NCBI RefSeq assembly: GCF_964188315.1
Contig: NC_135668.1
Span: 31,930,001-31,994,000 of the forward strand
Direction of reading: 5' to 3'
Source of the DNA: Podarcis muralis
Lineage: Eukaryota
Length of the DNA: 64,000 nucleotides
The position numbers and the translations under genes are program-made. This document shows, piece after piece, positions 58,592 through 64,000 of this stretch. Under the pieces are notes generated by a model. That model worked only from the letters and a program-made list of their open reading frames with translations, ran no database searches and had not been told where the DNA came from. Positions within the stretch are counted from its first letter, which is position 1, and every line of letters begins with the position of its first letter.

Positions 58592-61174
58592 AAAAGGGAA
58601 GTTTTCCAGCTTTTAAAATGTATCTTCTCCCCACCCCCTGCACCCTCAGTGGCTTGAGGCTGGTAGTATCACCTCGGTTACTGCAATGCACATGATTGCT
58701 GCTTGCAACTTCAGAGACTTTTAGTGTGTAACTTAGAATTCAAGGTCTCTGTTTACAAATTCCTTTAAAATGCACTTTGGAACAAAGAGGGAAGTGTGTT
58801 GTTTTGGTTAGCTTTCAGATGTTGTGAAGCATTAAGTATGTCTTAAACAACCACAGTGTTAATGGCATCAGGGTAGAGTCTTGCTCAGCTGGGTTAAAGG
58901 GATTGGGCAGGCTTCTCTTAAAACTTTTCACTGTGGTTCTTTGTGGAAACTATATCCTCATCTGTGGGAAATTCAGGGAAATGAGCAGTAGGAGGGCAAT
59001 TGCTCTTTTCTGACCTGTAGAACTTGACTTTAAGCTTGGCTTTGATGCTTACTCAGGTCCCGGTTTTAGGCAGCCTGCTTCAGATGTGATTTCAGGAAAT
59101 AGAAAATCACTTGTGTGTTCAATAATTTTGTTCTTGCGCCTTTCCACACAGCCATTTGCACTTGCTTCAATATGCAAAACACGAAAGATGCTGTCGTGTT
59201 TCATGTATTCCTCTAAGATAGTAGGGGTGTGTATGTGTGTATAAATATAAATATATATATAGTGATGTGAAGAACAGATATCTATTTTAAAAGTGAATTA
59301 TAATATATCAAAAATAGAATTTATTGTTCAGGAGAAATATCAATAGATTTCCAAAAGATCCTGCTTGTGTTCTTCAGTACATACCACAGCAATACCTGCG
59401 CAGTCTGCAAGATGAAGTACCATTTTAAGTAAGGATCATTTGAGGATTCCCAAATTGTGCTAATGGTTGAATTACACATGCAAAGTTACAAAAATGCCAC
59501 AGTCACATGAAGGTCTTGCTACAAGTTGTAGTAGTTAATGATCCCAAGCATAAATTGTACCATCTGTGGGATCCTCTGTCATAAATATTTTGCGTTCAAG
59601 CCATTTTGAAGTCAGTGCTGATGAAGCAACTACAGTAACTTGTCCTGTGCTTCCTATTAAGATCTTAATAGTGGGTTGTTCAGAGGACATTGGAAGTCCT
59701 TTGCAGATCCACCTTGGCACCAATTGTCTGCTGAAAATGGGAGTTCAAGCCATTTTGTTTTGCTGTTTTGTAGGAAACATGATTAAATGCACTCTTGAAG
59801 TGTCTGGGTAGTTTTGTCCTTTTGACACTAAATGCCAAATTGTGTAATAACAGCTGAAGAAATCTGATATAGAGATGTAAGGATGAAAGCAGCACTCACT
59901 TTGGGTAAACAACAGATGATGCTTGTTTGCTTTCATTTTCCAAATTGTGTGCACATCCATTGTGTGCAGATTATGCTTCCTGTATCACAGATACTTGAAA
60001 CTTGCATGAACTTGCCACTTTTTGATGCAGCAATAATTGTGTTGTCCACCGTGAAATATATTTTGTATTTATAAATATTATAGGTTTAGCATTGACACTT
60101 ACTTAGAAGTGCTAAAGATACACAATAACACCCACCCCCCCAGCAAGGTACCCTTTATAATCTGTTTCTCAATAGAATTTTTTTTCTTCTTAGGCTTGCT
60201 GAACTGATTTGTAAGCCTAAAGGTTTTCTCCATCTTCGATGATAATGCAAACGGTTTCTTTCTTTCTGTTTGGACTGACTTGAAAATAACATGATGTCCT
60301 TTTGCTAGGACTTGTGCTTATGCAAATCTGGGGAGATTGAGGAATTGTTCCATATATGATAAATGTTGTTTAGAAACCTGTCAACAACTGCTCATACTTA
60401 CTAGCCATGCAATAGAGCTTTTCACCTCTTTTCACTGTTTCTTCCCTTGTTGTGAAACTCTGCTGGTGAAAGACCAAGCAGTCTGTGTAAAAGCATCTGG
60501 GGAAATTCAGTCCTGTTCTTGAGTCATATTAAACAAGAAGTCTCTCTTTTTTCTTTGTGTTGTTGCCTTTTAATTTTGCATGCTATGAACCTCATTCATG
60601 TTCATCAAAAATAATATGCAAAATAAGCCTTTTACCCTGTTTTTTTAAAATTGGAATTGTTTCCATAAGGTTTCATTTGAATTGTCTGTAGCGTCATGAT
60701 CAAATGTGGAAGAGACCTGCTTGAGAGCTAAATTGTCCAATGTTGTAAACATCCAGGAGACACCAGTGGGAAGAATATTTTTCTTTTATTTAAATTGGCT
60801 GTGCTTTCCCATTTCAAATTAATAGTTTGAATTTCTGGTTCCTAATGTAAGGTTAGTGAGAATTGTTTTTTGGTAAAATAAGACTAGCAATCCTATATAA
60901 CTTTGTGTAGAAATAAGTCCTACTGTTGTCAGTGGAGTTTATTGTTTACAGTTGCAGCCTTAATCTCCCTTTTTAGAACTCCGTACCTCTGTACACATAC
61001 AGACTAGGTTCAAAAATAATGGCAAATTGTGGTTTATCCATCAGGTCTGAGCCTTGTGTTTGCCTGTCACGTCATCCCTGAAGGTTTTGGATTTCTGAAA
61101 ATTTTTGGATTCAGAATTAGTGCCCTAAGGCAACAGAGATCTAATTTAGCATGTTTTTACTTATTTTTAGTGAA

Positions 61175-61180
61175 AATAAA
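61175..61180 (+). terminator. PGP: Candidate distal PGP polyadenylation signal AATAAA (ATTAAA alternatives at 59782 and 60528)
   Basis: First canonical AATAAA I found after the stop codon, ending an AU-rich, repeat-poor stretch of about 2.6 kb. Confidence 0.45.
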
Positions 61181-62783
61181 TCTCCAGATGTTTTGTGCTA
61201 CAACTTCCATCACTTCCAGCCAGCACATTCCTTAAAGAATTCACCACCCTGAGCCGGTATTTGGCTACATATCGCAAAGTTGATGACTGGTTTGCTTTTA
61301 GCTATTTAGAGACATGAAAGGGCTGTTTAGCCACAGCTGACCAGGAGCAGAATGGGTGTTCTGAGAAATGGTGCCAGAGGAAAATGTGCCCAGCCTTAAC
61401 TTTGAGCCATGAAATGCACGAGTGTGTGTGTTAATTATGAGAATGAGCATGTCTGCATGAAAGCATTTTTCTTCTGGCCCCCACCCCTTTTTCTAATAGG
61501 CCTCAAGCAAACACCGCAGGACAGCGGTATGATCTTTTGCCAGAAGAAATAGCTTGGAAGCAAAAGATGGCAGGTGCTTCATAAGACGATGATGACAAGC
61601 TGTCATCATAGCCTTGCCCCAGATGATCTTGGGGCAAGCTCACTGTGGAAATAGCGAAGGCTTCAGGCCATTTCATTGGACGTGAAACAAAGTAAACTGG
61701 GCCAGTGCTGGTGAGCTGATCCACTGACTCTACAAGTAGAGGTTCTTTCTATGGGCCTTTGCATTCTATTTTTTAGTTTCTCTTTATTCCTGTTCGCCAC
61801 CTATCATAGGTATGTGCCCACTTTGCTGCTTGCATTTACTGACATGGATGATCAGCCATTCTCCCCTCCTTCCTCCCAGGAGGCTGTGGTGCAACTTGAA
61901 AACTGCCAGCACCTGAAAGTACCTCATTTGAAAGTGCGCTAGCTCCTCTCACACCCCCATCTTAAAACTTGACCAGCTGCAGACAAGGATGGCTTGAGAG
62001 AAACAACCTTTTTTCTCCCCCCCCCCCCCCACATTCTGTAAAAAAAAAAAACCCTTGGATTTTTTAACATCTAGCCTGATCATTATTGGTGTGAATGGCC
62101 ATGCTGCCATCTTAAAATGGGACAATCCAGTTTCCCAAATGGTTGAAATCGCAAAGTTGACTCCTACTTCCTCTTCCTTCAGAGTCCTCAAAAAGACGCC
62201 TTTCCTTGACATGCAATACTAAAATATATTTATATTTGATAATTAATCACATCAAGTAACCTTTTCCTGTTTCTGACCGTGTTAAAACAGGAGAGTCGTG
62301 GTTCTGTGCGCTGCAGAGGTTCGGAAGGTGACAGGTCTGAATGGCAGGTTCTCTCCAGGAGCAGATGTCTCAGACCTCTGGGCAGGCTGGCACTCTTCTC
62401 TACTTGTTTTTACTTCCTTCCCTCCCCCCACCCCAAATGAGAGAGATATCTGGCCCATACCAAGGGCGGCTGCCAGAATGCAAAGGTCTCACACAAAGCC
62501 CCCAATTGTGTTCCCCATGAATGTGTTAGCTGTCTCACAAGGAAGGACAGCGAAAGCATCACCATGCCCAGGACAGCATCTTTCTGCAGCCTCTGTTCCC
62601 TCCCACCATTTAGAGCATCTAACGTTTCACCACCACGTGGCTCCTTCTCCAAGTCAAGGTGCCAGGGTGGGCAGTAAAATGGGGCATGTTCTCAGGTTTC
62701 AAACCGGATTCCGAGGGATTTGATAATGCACAAGCTCTATACTGTCAGAAGGCAGAGTCAGAGGAGCAAAGAGGGCATCGAGA

Positions 62784-62822
62784 ATGGAGGAACAGACTGT
62801 GGCCCACATCACCCCCTGTCCA
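62784..62822 (+). CDS. Possible first coding exon of the next gene (MEEQTVAHITPCP), perhaps BRICD5
   Basis: gagaATGG start context, 13 codons, perfect gtaagt donor in phase 0. Identity rests only on human gene order (BRICD5 follows PGP on the same strand). No downstream exon was recognised. Confidence 0.25.
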
Positions 62823-64000
62823 GTAAGTACCCTGCCACCTTTTCTTTCCCCACAACCCAGCACCTGCCGCTCCTTGGCACCAGTAAATGTCCCTTGATGG
62901 GTTCCTGATCTGTTTCTCTTGGGATTTTTCCTTTTAAAGGAGTGGAGTGATGCACAGTCACACAGGAAAACTTGCAAACGGATTGTGTCCCACATTATTG
63001 GGACGCCTGGAGTTCTCAACTTGGGCACCAAAATACTCTGGACGTCGGGATCAGGGTAGAAGTGAGAGAACGATACAGGTTGAGAAAGGGAATTGAGAGA
63101 ATGCTCTGATCCAAATCCTTTCATTGCCCCAGGACAGGGGTACCCGATGTGATGCTCTCGAGATGTTGGGCCCCCAATTCCCATCAGCCCCAGACAGCAA
63201 TGCCAGTAGTCTAAGGTAGTGTGGTTTCTGGTCCCACAACATTGCAAGGGCACCATGTCGGCTGTTCCTACCCCAGGACTATTGATGCAGATCTTGGTAC
63301 TCCTGGAGATTGAAGGTACTCCGTATGCAAGAATGATCAAACTTAGTGAAATCTTTCATAACCTTAGGGAAGTTATATATGTTATAGGAAGTCTTACCAT
63401 CAACATTAAACTAATACTTTGTCAGGCAGCTGCCCTCCAGATGTATTGGACTATAAGCCCCAGCCAGCACAGGTCCAAAACATCAAACTACAAGGTTGGG
63501 GAAGACTGTTTTATACTTTGTGTAGGCAATATTCTGAATCTCTTGCATTCACTTAGGCAAAGTACAGTATTAAACATTTTAGTTTAAAAGCCTGCCTAAA
63601 TATCTTCTACTGCAATCCTTTACTTTGGAGTAAATTCCTCTGAACACAGTGGGACCTGTTTTTGAGCAAGCCTGCATAGGATTGTTGTCTTAATTTCAGT
63701 TCTGTGGACTAAAGATTTTAAATCAGGCCAGACTTCTCCAAAAACTGATAACTACACTGCTTGAGATCCCTATGCTTTTGCAGAGTAACAACTTGAACAC
63801 CAAAATAATACAAAGACTTAAGATACCAAGGGAAAGAGGAAGATGTATGATCCATGGAATCCCTGTGGATCATGACAAAAAACATTTTGAATACCTTGTA
63901 TTACCTGTCTTTACATAGTCCACAGCTTTCGGAAAACCAGGGATCACTCATCCAGCAATGGGATGAGAACGAGTTAATTTCCATGTCAACAAAAAATGAT

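Noticed and set aside
62699-63340. 213-aa minus-strand ORF, tested as the MLST8 3' end
   Set aside because: No WD40 repeats or MLST8 C-terminal motif; non-ATG start.

Overview
Vertebrate nuclear DNA from a squamate. A full-length Sauria SINE and the other SINE families suggest a lacertid lizard (inference). Four protein-coding genes were rebuilt exon by exon from GT-AG boundaries with consistent phases. (1) The 5' part of GRID2IP/delphilin on the minus strand, continuing off the left edge: a long-isoform exon with two tandem PDZ domains, an internal exon, a 14-nt alternative first coding exon (MSCLG, the palmitoylated short isoform) and a shared exon. (2) Complete ZDHHC4 on the plus strand (6 coding exons, 339 aa). 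(3) Complete E4F1 on the minus strand (14 exons, 786 aa). (4) Complete PGP on the plus strand (2 exons, 307 aa), sharing a CCAAT-rich bidirectional CpG promoter with E4F1. A possible BRICD5 first exon lies near the right edge (low confidence). Introns and intergenic DNA are dense with TA-flanked Tc1/mariner MITEs, hAT MITEs with 8-bp TSDs, SINEs, and CR1, L2 and Penelope remnants. Most short ORFs in the supplied track are spurious. I found no clearly new biological system. The best leads are an extra PDZ domain and several alternative N-termini of delphilin, a palmitoyltransferase gene beside a palmitoylated protein, a junction between human 7p22 and 16p13 gene blocks, and a transposon-borne CpG island inside ZDHHC4. 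Orthology statements rest on my recall of the human and mouse proteins, not on a database search.
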